Shown here piece by piece: positions 9,742-18,946 of a stretch of DNA of 64,000 nt. Under the pieces are notes generated by a model that saw nothing but the letters and a program-made list of their open reading frames with translations, had not been told where the DNA came from and ran no database searches. Made by a program: the position numbers and the translations under genes. Each line of letters starts with the position of its first letter. The first letter of the stretch is position 1. The stretch is from Candidatus Hydrogenedentota bacterium (GTDB taxonomy: Bacteria > Hydrogenedentota > Hydrogenedentia > Hydrogenedentales > SLHB01): the NCBI GenBank assembly GCA_963668025.2, contig CAXXTH010000010.1:192001-256000 (forward strand), in the 5' to 3' direction.

Positions 9742-11182
9742 GCTTGTTTATCCCTTCCACCACGAGGCTGGCCATTGCATCCGGCTGGGCGGTGCGGATG
9801 TCATTTGGAACATCCTGCCCCACGCTCAGGTAGCTGGCCGGCCATCCGGTTTCCATTACTATGGCCAGCATCGCGCCGAACTTGCGCGTTTCATCCAGTT
9901 TTGAAAACAAAATCGAGGTCGGCTTCAGGCAGCGGAAATTTTCAACCGCCTGGCACAAGTCATCGAGCTGCGCGCCCACTGGGAGCGCCAGAATCACCTC
10001 ATGCGGCTGGGCGACGGAGAGTATCGAACGCACTTCCTGCAAATGCCGTACATTGAACTGGCTGCCGCCGGGCGTATCCACCAGCACCAGCTCATAGTCG
10101 CGGAAGACGCGCAACGCTTCGGCCATCTCGCGGCCATCATTAACGACTTTCATGGGGAGCCCCACAATATCCGCATACACTTTGAGCTGCTGGGGCGCTG
10201 CGATGCGGTAGGTATCCGAGGTGATGAGCGCCACGCGGGCATGGCGGCGCAAGGCATAATGGGCCGCCAGTTTGGCGAGATTGGTGGTTTTTCCGACGCC
10301 GGTGGCGCCCACGAAGGCCACCACTTTGCATGTTCCTGGCGTGAGTTCGATGCCTCCCGTGACCGTGATGCGGCGGGCCACTTCGGCGCGCAGGCGTTCC
10401 GTAAAAGCCTGCTGGCTTTGAATCACCGGCAGGCTGCATTCGCGATATACTTTGCCTAGAATTGACGCAGCCAGCTTGCGCGGCACGCCTCGGGCAATCA
10501 AATCCCGGTAATACGGGGATACTTCAGCGGGCAGGCCCGCGCCTGGCGTTTCGGCGACGAGCATATCGAGGCCTTCCCGGATCTCCCGCAGCTCACGCCG
10601 CATGATCTCCAGCGGATCATCCTCTTGCTGCGGCCGTTTGAAGGGGAGCACATCCGAGGCGGGCTCCACTGCGGGAGCAGCTTGGCCGCGTCCGCCGGCA
10701 AACGCGGAGGGATTAGCGCCTGGGCTGGCGGCTTGGGGCTTCGCGGCGGATTCACGCAATTCCGCACGTATGGTGCGCGCCGTGTGCAAATCCTCTGTGA
10801 ACGTGCTGCGCTGGGCCGCCTCTTGAATCTTCCGCTGGAAGTGGGCGATGGTGCTGCTGATGCGTTCATCACTGCCGACGGCGTTCATGGCGGGCGTGGC
10901 GGCGCTGGCAACCGATGCGCTTGTTTCCAAATTTTCAGTAGCCGTGGACCGGTTTTCGCGGGCATACTTGCGTTCAGCGGCGCTCAATTTGCGGCGCTGG
11001 GTTCCTTCATCACAGGTGGACACCGTCAGTTCCACCCGTTTGCGTCCCAGAAATCCCAAGATTCCCCCTTCCTTTACCTGCGCGGTGCGCAGTACTACGG
11101 CGTCAGGCCCCAGTTCGCGGCGCATGGCGTCATAGGCGTCATTCAATGTGGCTCCGCGTATTTTGTGAAATCTCTGCCCCAT
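9725..11182 (-). CDS. flhF: flagellar biosynthesis SRP GTPase FlhF
   Basis: ELGPDAVVL N-terminus, GATGVGKTT, DTYRIAA, DTPG, SKLDET, GQDVPNDI. Confidence 0.93.
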   Translation of the reverse strand: MGQRFHKIRGATLNDAYDAMRRELGPDAVVLRTAQVKEGGILGFLGRKRVELTVSTCDEGTQRRKLSAAERKYARENRSTATENLETSASVASAATPAMNAVGSDERISSTIAHFQRKIQEAAQRSTFTEDLHTARTIRAELRESAAKPQAASPGANPSAFAGGRGQAAPAVEPASDVLPFKRPQQEDDPLEIMRRELREIREGLDMLVAETPGAGLPAEVSPYYRDLIARGVPRKLAASILGKVYRECSLPVIQSQQAFTERLRAEVARRITVTGGIELTPGTCKVVAFVGATGVGKTTNLAKLAAHYALRRHARVALITSDTYRIAAPQQLKVYADIVGLPMKVVNDGREMAEALRVFRDYELVLVDTPGGSQFNVRHLQEVRSILSVAQPHEVILALPVGAQLDDLCQAVENFRCLKPTSILFSKLDETRKFGAMLAIVMETGWPASYLSVGQDVPNDIRTAQPDAMASLVVEGINKRERSS

Positions 11183-11183
11183 A

Positions 11184-13262
11184 TCACACTTTCACTTGGC
11201 CTTCGCTCTCCAGTTTCACCCCAGGATCAATTTCGTTGTAAGACAACACGATTAATTTCGGCATATGGCGCTCGACGATGCGGCGGAAATAGCGGCGCAC
11301 TTGAGCGGACGCCAGCACAATAGGATCTTGGCCCGCTAAAACAAGCGATTGCACCGCATGCACGGTCGCACGTGCAATCGCGTCGGCGCGCACAGGTTCG
11401 ATGGGCACGTATTCGCCGGTTTCGGACTGGCGTACGGCGTTGAGGATCTCGCGTTCGAGTTCCGGTGCTAACGTCACTATATGCAGCATGTTTTCATCAT
11501 CGGAATATTCGGCGCAGATCTGGCGCGCCAACGCATGGCGGACATACTCCGCCAGTAATTCCGGGTCGCGGGTGCGCGGCCCAAAATCCGCCAGCACCTC
11601 GAGGATCACCTCGAGATTGCGGATGGACACCCGCTCACGCAGGAGTATTTGCAACACTTTTTGGACTTCTCCCAGCGAAAGGATGCCCGGAATCAGTTCA
11701 TCGACCACGCTGGAGGCGCTTTCTTTGACGGTGTTAATCAAATTCTGGGTATCTTGCCGGGTGAGTAATTCCGCCGAATAATTGGTGATGATTTCCGTCA
11801 AATGCGTGGCGAGGACTGCGCTGGGCTCGACGATGGTGTAGCCCAGGCGCTCGGCGCGATCCCGCTGGTTTTTTGCCACCCATACCGCTTGAAGGCCAAA
11901 AGCGGGTTCCGTGGTCGCCGTTCCCTCGATGGGCTCCTCTGCCAAGCCGGGATTCATCGCAAGAAAATGGTTCGGCAGCAATTCATAATGGGCGACTTCC
12001 GCGTCCCGAAGCTTCACGCTATATTCATTGGGCCGTAGGCGCATATTATCGACGATGCGCACCACCGGTACGATGATGCCCATTTGGGTGGCCATTTTTT
12101 GGCGTATGTTTTGGATGCGCGTCAACAGGTCGCCGCCTTGCTTTGGATCCGCGAGAGCGATAAGGCCGTAGCCCAGTTCGATTTTTAGCGGATCAACCGC
12201 GAGCAAGTCTTCGGTGCGGGCGGGGCGCTCCGCCTCGGGCGCTTTGGCTGCGGCCGTTTCTTTGGCCACTTTGACGGCGAACTCACGTTCAAAAAATTTT
12301 TTGCTCTGATAGGCCAAAATACCCAGCGAAATGGCTACCAGCATAAAGGGTACGGTAGGCATGCCCGGCACGATCCCGAAGATGCCCAGCAATACCGCGC
12401 TGACGCCCAACGCCCGAGGATACCGCATGAGCTGCTGGCTCAATTCCGCGCCCAGGTTATCTCCAGAGGCCGTGCGGGTGACAATCAAACCTGCCGCAAT
12501 CGAGATAATCAATGCCGGGATCTGCGACACAAGGCCATCGCCCACGGTCAAGGTGGTGTAGAGGCGCGCCGCGTCGATAGGTTCGCGGCCTTGCATGACG
12601 ACGCCGATGATCAATCCGCCGATGATATTCACTATGGTGATGATGACCCCGGCAATCGCGTCGCCGCGTACGAACTTCGTGGCGCCGTCCATAGCCCCGT
12701 AGAAATCGGCTTCCCGCTCGATGCGGCTGCGCCGTTCGCGGGCCTGGGCTTCGGAGATGAGTCCCGCATTCAGGTCGGCGTCAACGCCCATCTGTTTGCC
12801 GGGCATGGCGTCCAACGTGAACCGTGCCGCCACTTCCGAGATGCGCGTAGCGCCACGGGTGATCACCACGAATTGAATAATGACAAGAATCGAGAAAATG
12901 ATGATTCCAACGACATAGTTGCCTCTGGTGACGAAGTTGCCGAAGGCATCGATCACCAGCCCCGCATCGCCTTCCGATAAAATAAGGCGCGTCGATGCGA
13001 CATTAAGGCTGAGCCGGAATAAGGTCAAAATAAGCAACAGGGATGGGAAAGCAGCGAATTCGACCGGATGCACCATATAAATACAGCCGAGAAGCACAAC
13101 CACACTGATCGAGATATTAATTGTCAACAACAGATCCAGCACCAATTGCGGGATCGGGATCACCAATACCACGAGAATGGCCATGACACAAACCGCCAGT
13201 GCGATGTCCTGGTTGTGCGCCAGCATCGCGAACGGCCGTGATATGGTTTGAGGAGCTGCCAT
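11184..13262 (-). CDS. flhA: flagellar export gate protein FlhA
   Basis: FHIPEP motifs RISEVAARFTLDAMPGKQM and FYGAMDGATKFVRGDAIAG. Confidence 0.97.
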   Translation of the reverse strand: MAAPQTISRPFAMLAHNQDIALAVCVMAILVVLVIPIPQLVLDLLLTINISISVVVLLGCIYMVHPVEFAAFPSLLLILTLFRLSLNVASTRLILSEGDAGLVIDAFGNFVTRGNYVVGIIIFSILVIIQFVVITRGATRISEVAARFTLDAMPGKQMGVDADLNAGLISEAQARERRSRIEREADFYGAMDGATKFVRGDAIAGVIITIVNIIGGLIIGVVMQGREPIDAARLYTTLTVGDGLVSQIPALIISIAAGLIVTRTASGDNLGAELSQQLMRYPRALGVSAVLLGIFGIVPGMPTVPFMLVAISLGILAYQSKKFFEREFAVKVAKETAAAKAPEAERPARTEDLLAVDPLKIELGYGLIALADPKQGGDLLTRIQNIRQKMATQMGIIVPVVRIVDNMRLRPNEYSVKLRDAEVAHYELLPNHFLAMNPGLAEEPIEGTATTEPAFGLQAVWVAKNQRDRAERLGYTIVEPSAVLATHLTEIITNYSAELLTRQDTQNLINTVKESASSVVDELIPGILSLGEVQKVLQILLRERVSIRNLEVILEVLADFGPRTRDPELLAEYVRHALARQICAEYSDDENMLHIVTLAPELEREILNAVRQSETGEYVPIEPVRADAIARATVHAVQSLVLAGQDPIVLASAQVRRYFRRIVERHMPKLIVLSYNEIDPGVKLESEGQVKV

Positions 13263-13267
13263 TTTTT

Positions 13268-13302
13268 GGGTCTAGGGTCTCGGGTTTAGGGTTTAGGGTT
13301 TC
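13268..13302. repeat. five-unit heptamer tandem repeat (GGGTYTM)
   Basis: GGGTCTA GGGTCTC GGGTTTA GGGTTTA GGGTTTC, immediately upstream of the flhA start. Confidence 0.8.
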
Positions 13303-13389
13303 GTAACTACCATTCTCTTTCGTTTCATCGTATTTTTAAAAAATGCTCAGTGTTATTGACGCTTATCCGTGAAATTTTTGTGCATACAT

Positions 13390-14607
13390 TTATATCGGCG
13401 CTCCGAGATTTGGACTTCGAGACCCGAAATCAAGGCCTCGAGCGCCAGCCCCCGAAGGCCGCGTCCCGCGTTTCGGAGCTTGCGCCTTGCGCCCAGCGCC
13501 TCGGTAATTGGGCCCGAGGAAACGCATCCGCTCGCGGACCTTGTCGGCGCGGCGGTCAATGGCGTACACGAACCGCAACACTTCCGCCACGGTGCGGAAA
13601 AGGGACTCGGGAACCGGCTGCCCTACCTCGACGGTGCGGAAAAGGGCGCGGGCCAGTTCTGGTTTTTCGATCACCGGCACATGGTTTTCGGTGGCGATTT
13701 CACGGATGCGCTGGGCAAGAAGGCGTGCGCCCTTGGCGATCACGGTAGGGGCGTTCATATTCGCCATGTCGTACCGCAATGCGACGGCGTATGTCGTGGG
13801 GTTTGTCACCACGACATCCGCTTTCGGGACATCTTTCATCATGCGCTGCATGGCCATTTGGCGTTGAATATGGCGCACGCGCTGCTTGATGCGCGGGTCT
13901 CCTTCCATCTGTTTCGCTTCTTCGCGCGCCTCTTGCGTCGTCATCTTGAGGTCTTCTTCGTAGCGCCAGCGCTGGAAACCGTAATCCATAAGGCCCAGCG
14001 CCAGCATGACCAAGGCGATCCGGAACCAAAGGAGGACCGCGATATCTCCCATGACCTTCACTATCCCCAATGGCGCGAGCTGGGAGAGGAGCAGCATTTC
14101 GGGCCAGCGGTTGCGCAGGGTGAGATAGACGACATAACTAATCAATAGGAGCTTGAGGACGGATTTCACCAGCTCAAACAACGAGCGCACGCTAAACATG
14201 CGCGCCAATCCCGGTATGGGATTGATTTTCTCAAATTTTGGCGCGATGGCGGATGGGGCAAAAAGGAAACCTACCTGGAATATACACGCAAGAACTCCCG
14301 CAAGCAGCATGAATCCCATGAACGGCAGGGCAAGACGGGCTAATAAAAAGAGGGCGTTGAATCCGGTATCCACAGCGCCGCCCACATTGTCATAGCCGCT
14401 ACCGGGTTGTCCGAAATAAATCCGCGCCATGGTGACCATATCTCTCAGGATAGGCATCCCGAGTACGCGCATGGCCCCCAGCGCGGCAAATAAGGCCAGC
14501 GCGGACGAGAGGTCTTGGCTCTTGACCACGTTGCCTTTTTCACGGGCCTTTTGCCGCTTGATCTGCGACGCAGGCAGTGATTTTTCGCCGCCGGATTCCT
14601 CGGGCAT
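13390..14607 (-). CDS. flhB: flagellar export switch protein FlhB
   Basis: KAREKGNVVKS, EGDPRIK, NPT(T) autocleavage motif, LARALF. Confidence 0.95.
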   Translation of the reverse strand: MPEESGGEKSLPASQIKRQKAREKGNVVKSQDLSSALALFAALGAMRVLGMPILRDMVTMARIYFGQPGSGYDNVGGAVDTGFNALFLLARLALPFMGFMLLAGVLACIFQVGFLFAPSAIAPKFEKINPIPGLARMFSVRSLFELVKSVLKLLLISYVVYLTLRNRWPEMLLLSQLAPLGIVKVMGDIAVLLWFRIALVMLALGLMDYGFQRWRYEEDLKMTTQEAREEAKQMEGDPRIKQRVRHIQRQMAMQRMMKDVPKADVVVTNPTTYAVALRYDMANMNAPTVIAKGARLLAQRIREIATENHVPVIEKPELARALFRTVEVGQPVPESLFRTVAEVLRFVYAIDRRADKVRERMRFLGPNYRGAGRKAQAPKRGTRPSGAGARGLDFGSRSPNLGAPI

Positions 14608-14608
14608 G

Positions 14609-15379
14609 TCAGGTCATTCCATTCACAAGCGTTGCTACATTTTCAAACATGCTGCTAAACATGCCGTCCACGGCATATATGTAAATCTCGATGACACATA
14701 CCGCCATAATGAGCGCCAAGGCCACGGTAACCGGATAACCTACCGAAAAGAGATGGATTTGCGGCACCACGCGGCTCATTAGCCCCATGGTGAGATAGGC
14801 CAGCAAGAGCGCCCCAGCCATGGGAGCCGCGATGAGCAGGCCATCCACGAACATCGCTTGGCCCCAGCGCGGCACTTCCTGCAATAGTTCGGGGCGCATC
14901 GCAAAGGCTCCCAGCGGAATCGTTTCAAACGTGTCCGTGAGACTCCAGATCATGACGTGGTGCCCATCAATGGCCAACAAGAAAAGGGCGGCCAGCAAGT
15001 AAAAGAAAAAGCCGAATACGGGCACTTGGGTTTCCATGGCCGGATTGTAGACATTCGCCATGCCGAATCCGCTTAACATGTCGATGATCTGGCCCGCCAC
15101 TTGGATGGCGGCGAATACAATCGTCATGACAAAACCGATGGCCAATCCGATCAACAGCTCATTCATTCCCATGAATGCAATCGTAACCATCTCATTCGGA
15201 ATAGGCGCTTGTTCAGGAAGGAGCGGCGTGATCAGCATGGCCGTCATGGCGGCAAATCCCGCCTTGCCCATCATCGGGAAATTGTTCGAACTCAATACTG
15301 GCGCAGTCAATAAGAGGCCCGTGATGCGGACCATCACTAGCATAAAAACTTTAAACACCTCCAACTCGAAGATTTGCAC
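14609..15379 (-). CDS. fliR: flagellar export protein FliR
   Basis: Multi-TM protein, AGQIIDMLSGFG, SRVVPQIHLFSVGYP; operon position. Confidence 0.93.
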   Translation of the reverse strand: MQIFELEVFKVFMLVMVRITGLLLTAPVLSSNNFPMMGKAGFAAMTAMLITPLLPEQAPIPNEMVTIAFMGMNELLIGLAIGFVMTIVFAAIQVAGQIIDMLSGFGMANVYNPAMETQVPVFGFFFYLLAALFLLAIDGHHVMIWSLTDTFETIPLGAFAMRPELLQEVPRWGQAMFVDGLLIAAPMAGALLLAYLTMGLMSRVVPQIHLFSVGYPVTVALALIMAVCVIEIYIYAVDGMFSSMFENVATLVNGMT

Positions 15380-15388
15380 CCTGCACCT

Positions 15389-15658
15389 CTATTGAATCAG
15401 TGCTTCGGCCCCACCGAACATCTCCGCCGTGAACGCCAGTATGGTCGAGATCATAAACGGCATGAACAGCGCAAACGTGATCATAACGACCACTATCTTG
15501 GGGACGAAGGTGAGCGTGATCTCTTGTACTTGAGTCACCGATTGAAACAAGCCAATGACAACGCCGACCACCATGCCCGAAATCAACATCGGCGCAGAAA
15601 GCAGCAATGTGATCCACATGGCTTGTTGTCCCAGATAAATTACCGTTTCTTGATTCAA
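15389..15658 (-). CDS. fliQ: flagellar export protein FliQ
   Basis: GLFQSVTQVQEITLTFVPK motif, 89 aa, TTG start after AGGAGG. Confidence 0.95.
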   Translation of the reverse strand: MNQETVIYLGQQAMWITLLLSAPMLISGMVVGVVIGLFQSVTQVQEITLTFVPKIVVVMITFALFMPFMISTILAFTAEMFGGAEALIQ

Positions 15659-15729
15659 GAACCAGCCCCTCCTGACGCCTGGCGCGCCGATGAGCCGCCA
15701 CGCTCCGCTACCCCGCGTGCCTCATCACG

Positions 15730-16040
15730 CATGAAGATACCACAACATATTGATGGTGTCAATGAGAAAATGCCCAGAATTTGGGATTTTACAAAAAATA
15801 CCCCCACGGAATGTGGTGTCCTTCAAAACGCGCCCACCCCGAACGGCTCAAATCCAACGATGTCATTTTTAAATACGAAATATACTAATTATGTTAAAAG
15901 TTATCGGGAGGGCTTTATACGATTCTATTCCGCAACACAACCACCGCATGAAGCAAAAGCGGTTTTTGAACCAGGAAAGAATGAAGACGGGCAGGGCGGA
16001 ATATGCGTGTAGAAATTGTGTGTAGTTCGCACTACTATCT
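15730..16040. repeat. 311-bp direct repeat, copy 1 (promoter-bearing)
   Basis: Near-identical to 16999-17309, from CATGAAGATACC to GCACTACTATCT. Confidence 0.92.
15734..15762 (-). promoter_or_regulatory. sigma70-type promoter upstream of fliQ
   Basis: TTGACA-N17-TATCTT with extended TG on the minus strand. Confidence 0.75.
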
Positions 16041-16172
16041 GTCAACTGGAATCCGGAAAGGTGTCTCGAAGAGACAGCCCGACACAGCCCAGGGCCGCTG
16101 CTCAAATCCCATAGAACCCCGCCCTGCCGAGTTCAACGAAGGACTCCCAAGCCAAAGTGCTACAAACCATCG

Positions 16173-16982
16173 CTATTTTTCAGTATTGCCTTCCTGCTGT
16201 GGAGCCTTGTAGCCGGGCTCGCGTTCATTGCGATGTCGAACTGCGCTGTTGAAGAGCCAATCGCACTCAGGTAGCATGTCTGGAGGAAGATCCTTTTTAC
16301 TTTTGAACAGAGTAATGGCGCGGTCACTTCCCGATGCGGCAAAGGAATCCAAAGCCATAAGTCGCATGTGATGGCGGAAACTCTCCGGCGTATCATTATT
16401 CTGACACGCAGCAGGATTTCTTGCTATCCAGTAGTTCTCAGTAGCCATTTCTTCAAGGAGATCAAGCGTGGCGTCATCTGCATATGCAAGACGCCCGAGA
16501 CACAGGATAGCATTGTGAAGAATATGCCATTCGTCATAGCTCATGTTTTGTTTGAGCGGACGATCAATGACTGCTTTCAGAACTGATATTCCCCTGGAAT
16601 CGCCAGAACCTGCCAACACCCACATGGCTGAGACAACGGTCCTCTGAGGAGTCTTCTCGTCGTTAATGAGCTTAGTCAAATACGGAATAATGTCACGGTG
16701 TGCATATTCCTTCGTAATCACTTTCCCGAAGTCTTCGTCGACGTACATCGCTCCTGTAAAGCGATTCAATAGCATTTCACTTTCGGCGTCTGACAATGGT
16801 TGAACACCGGTATCGGACGACGGACTCTGCACCGGTGCGCTTGTACTCTCTGCCGGTGCGGTCTCGGCACTTGCTTCTTCTACCAGGTATAATAGGCATA
16901 CTACATAAATGCAGATGCCTGCGGCTCTTGCCCAATTTGAGCTGCTGCAATTCTGCTGAATCGATGGTCGAAAACTGTTCAT
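16173..16982 (-). CDS. exported hypothetical protein with HEAT-like repeats
   Basis: N-terminal hydrophobic segment; helical AMWVLAGSGD, AILCLGRLA and ALDSFAASGSDRA repeats; AAGGAG RBS; AT-richer than neighbours. Confidence 0.65.
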   Translation of the reverse strand: MNSFRPSIQQNCSSSNWARAAGICIYVVCLLYLVEEASAETAPAESTSAPVQSPSSDTGVQPLSDAESEMLLNRFTGAMYVDEDFGKVITKEYAHRDIIPYLTKLINDEKTPQRTVVSAMWVLAGSGDSRGISVLKAVIDRPLKQNMSYDEWHILHNAILCLGRLAYADDATLDLLEEMATENYWIARNPAACQNNDTPESFRHHMRLMALDSFAASGSDRAITLFKSKKDLPPDMLPECDWLFNSAVRHRNEREPGYKAPQQEGNTEK

Positions 16983-16998
16983 CCCTTATCTCCTTACC

Positions 16999-17309
16999 CA
17001 TGAAGATACCACAACATATTGATGGCGTCAATGAGAAAATGCCCGAAATTTTGGATTTTGCATAAAATACCCCCACGGAATGTGGTGTCCTTCAAAACGC
17101 GCCCACCCCGAACGGCTCAAACCCAACGAGGTCATTTTTAAATACGCAATATACTAATTATGTTAAAAACTATCGGGAGGGCTTTATACGATTCTATTCC
17201 GCAACACAACCACCGCATGAAGCAAAAGCGGTTTTTGAACCAGGAAAGAATGAAGACGGGCAAGGCAAAATATGCGTGTAGAAATTGTGTGTAGTTCGCA
17301 CTACTATCT
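16999..17309. repeat. 311-bp direct repeat, copy 2 (promoter TTGACG-N17-TATCTT at 17031-17003)
   Basis: Near-identical to 15730-16040. Confidence 0.92.
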
Positions 17310-17351
17310 TAAAATATTGTTTTTTTGCAAAGATTTTTATGGAAGCCTTTA

Positions 17352-17593
17352 CATATCAAATAGTTACGGCCTGTTCCTACAAGAAATAAGGTTTATCTTG
17401 AATCCTGTTTCACGCAAAGCCGCTAAGCCGAAAAGGTCTATAGAAGATTAACGACAGGAATATCCCCGCAAATCCCCTATCCGAATGGCAAATAACAATG
17501 CCATTGAAACCAGATCGAGATGATTTATTCGCGTTCATTCGCGTCTATTCGCGGTTAAAAAACAGCCCATTTGGCTGCGGCCTTTCCGCGCTG
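17352..17593. repeat. mosaic intergenic repeat (IHF-like box plus shared modules)
   Basis: CATATCAAATAGTTACGG also at 48192; 17406-17556 homologous to 29623-29750; ATTCGCG triplet and TTGGCTGCGGC...CCGCGCTG also at 48312-48378. Confidence 0.75.
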
Positions 17594-17620
17594 CGCTATT
17601 ACATCCAATCCTGGAACGCT

Positions 17621-18730
17621 CTAGATTTTCTGATCAAAAATGGATTTGGGCCCGGAGGAACCGTACGCTGCCGGATCGGGCAGGTTCTTCTCATACACCT
17701 CGACGCCATGTTCGGTGCGCAGTTTTTCGACCATCTTGGCGTAAAGCATGCCCGGCATAAGCACGGGTTTGGCTTGTTCAAAGGACATGGGCGATTGATC
17801 TTCGACCCGGGTGATTTTACATACCAGGAACGAATCGGGTATCTGCACTTCCGTCACCTGCCCCTGGGCGTCCGTCTGCGCGCCGCCCCATCCGCGAATG
17901 AAGATAGGCCCGATGACATCGCCGGTGCGTGCGCCTTCGGCCTTTTCCCAGAACGGCCCGAATTTGGCCATGGCGGAGGGGTCTTTACGGATGGGCGCAC
18001 GAAGCGGGAAACCCGTCCCGGCCATGGCATATTCCGTGGCGAGGACGGCCACCTGCTCTCCGGCGCGCAGGCGTTCCCGCGCGCCAGTGGCCAGCGCACT
18101 GGCTCCATCCTGGCGGGTGGGAAAATAGATGCCATCAAATTCCACGGTTTCAGGATTCACCAGCGAATCCTGCTGCATGTCATATTCTTCCTGCAATTCG
18201 GCATCGCTGACCTGTATGCCGCCTTCTTCGGCCTGCTTGCGCGCTTCAAACGCCAATGCCGCTTCACCTTGGATGCGCAAATAGAGCTGGTCGATTCGCG
18301 ATTCGCGCTCCTGCTCGTAATACATAATCTCTGGGTCTGAGAGAGGTGGGTCCATGGTGCGGCCTTGCTCCATGGCGATCTTGTATTTGGGATACATCGC
18401 GTCGAACCGCTGCGCGGCGTATTCGCGCGGCACTTTGATCTTGCCTTCGCTCTCCAGCCGTTTCGCGAGTTCCGCTTTGACCTTGTCGTCGATGTAGGTA
18501 TTCAGCACTCGAAGCAGATCGCCGCGCGTGCTGATATTAGGACGTTCCTCGGGCTGCATGTCGCGCAGCACTTTGTTGATATCGGCCCGGCGGATGGGAA
18601 CGCCATCGAGCGTGGCCACGACAATGCGGTCGGAATCGGCCAGCCAGCCGCATCCCGCGTAGCAGCACATCAGCCATGCAAAAGCCGCCACGGGTTTCAA
18701 CCATCTGCGCGCGGAACAATCAGCCAGCAT
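17621..18730 (-). CDS. SurA/PrsA-like peptidyl-prolyl isomerase/chaperone, probable lipoprotein
   Basis: Lipobox-like YAGC, VVATLDGVPIRRAD, IQVSDAELQEEY, parvulin-like region, SFEQAKPVL. Confidence 0.75.
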   Translation of the reverse strand: MLADCSARRWLKPVAAFAWLMCCYAGCGWLADSDRIVVATLDGVPIRRADINKVLRDMQPEERPNISTRGDLLRVLNTYIDDKVKAELAKRLESEGKIKVPREYAAQRFDAMYPKYKIAMEQGRTMDPPLSDPEIMYYEQERESRIDQLYLRIQGEAALAFEARKQAEEGGIQVSDAELQEEYDMQQDSLVNPETVEFDGIYFPTRQDGASALATGARERLRAGEQVAVLATEYAMAGTGFPLRAPIRKDPSAMAKFGPFWEKAEGARTGDVIGPIFIRGWGGAQTDAQGQVTEVQIPDSFLVCKITRVEDQSPMSFEQAKPVLMPGMLYAKMVEKLRTEHGVEVYEKNLPDPAAYGSSGPKSIFDQKI

Positions 18731-18832
18731 GTGTATCTCCTGTTACAAACGGTGCGCTTAAAATGACATTATCAACAGCTTCCAGTGTAGCATTCAACAC
18801 GGAAACGCGCCAACTGAATGATGGGGGATGCG

Positions 18833-18901
18833 CCGGATTTTTTCACCACAGAGACACAGAGATGCACAGAGATACGGATTAATCTAGTTTATACAGTAAA
18901 A
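18833..18901. repeat. ACCACAGAGACACAGAG-family repeat, left unit
   Basis: Direct repeat of 20016-20081 (40 bp identical); inverted match to 19981-20013. Confidence 0.88.
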
Positions 18902-18946
18902 TGGTTTTTGCTTCTAAATTCACAGGCCAAGCGCGTTCACCCCCAT

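Noticed and set aside
13268-13302. Plant-type telomere (TTTAGGG) or eukaryotic contamination
   Set aside because: Only two exact units, embedded between bacterial flhB and flhA.
8875-15658. Injectisome type III secretion system
   Set aside because: FlhF and FlhG in the operon identify it as flagellar.
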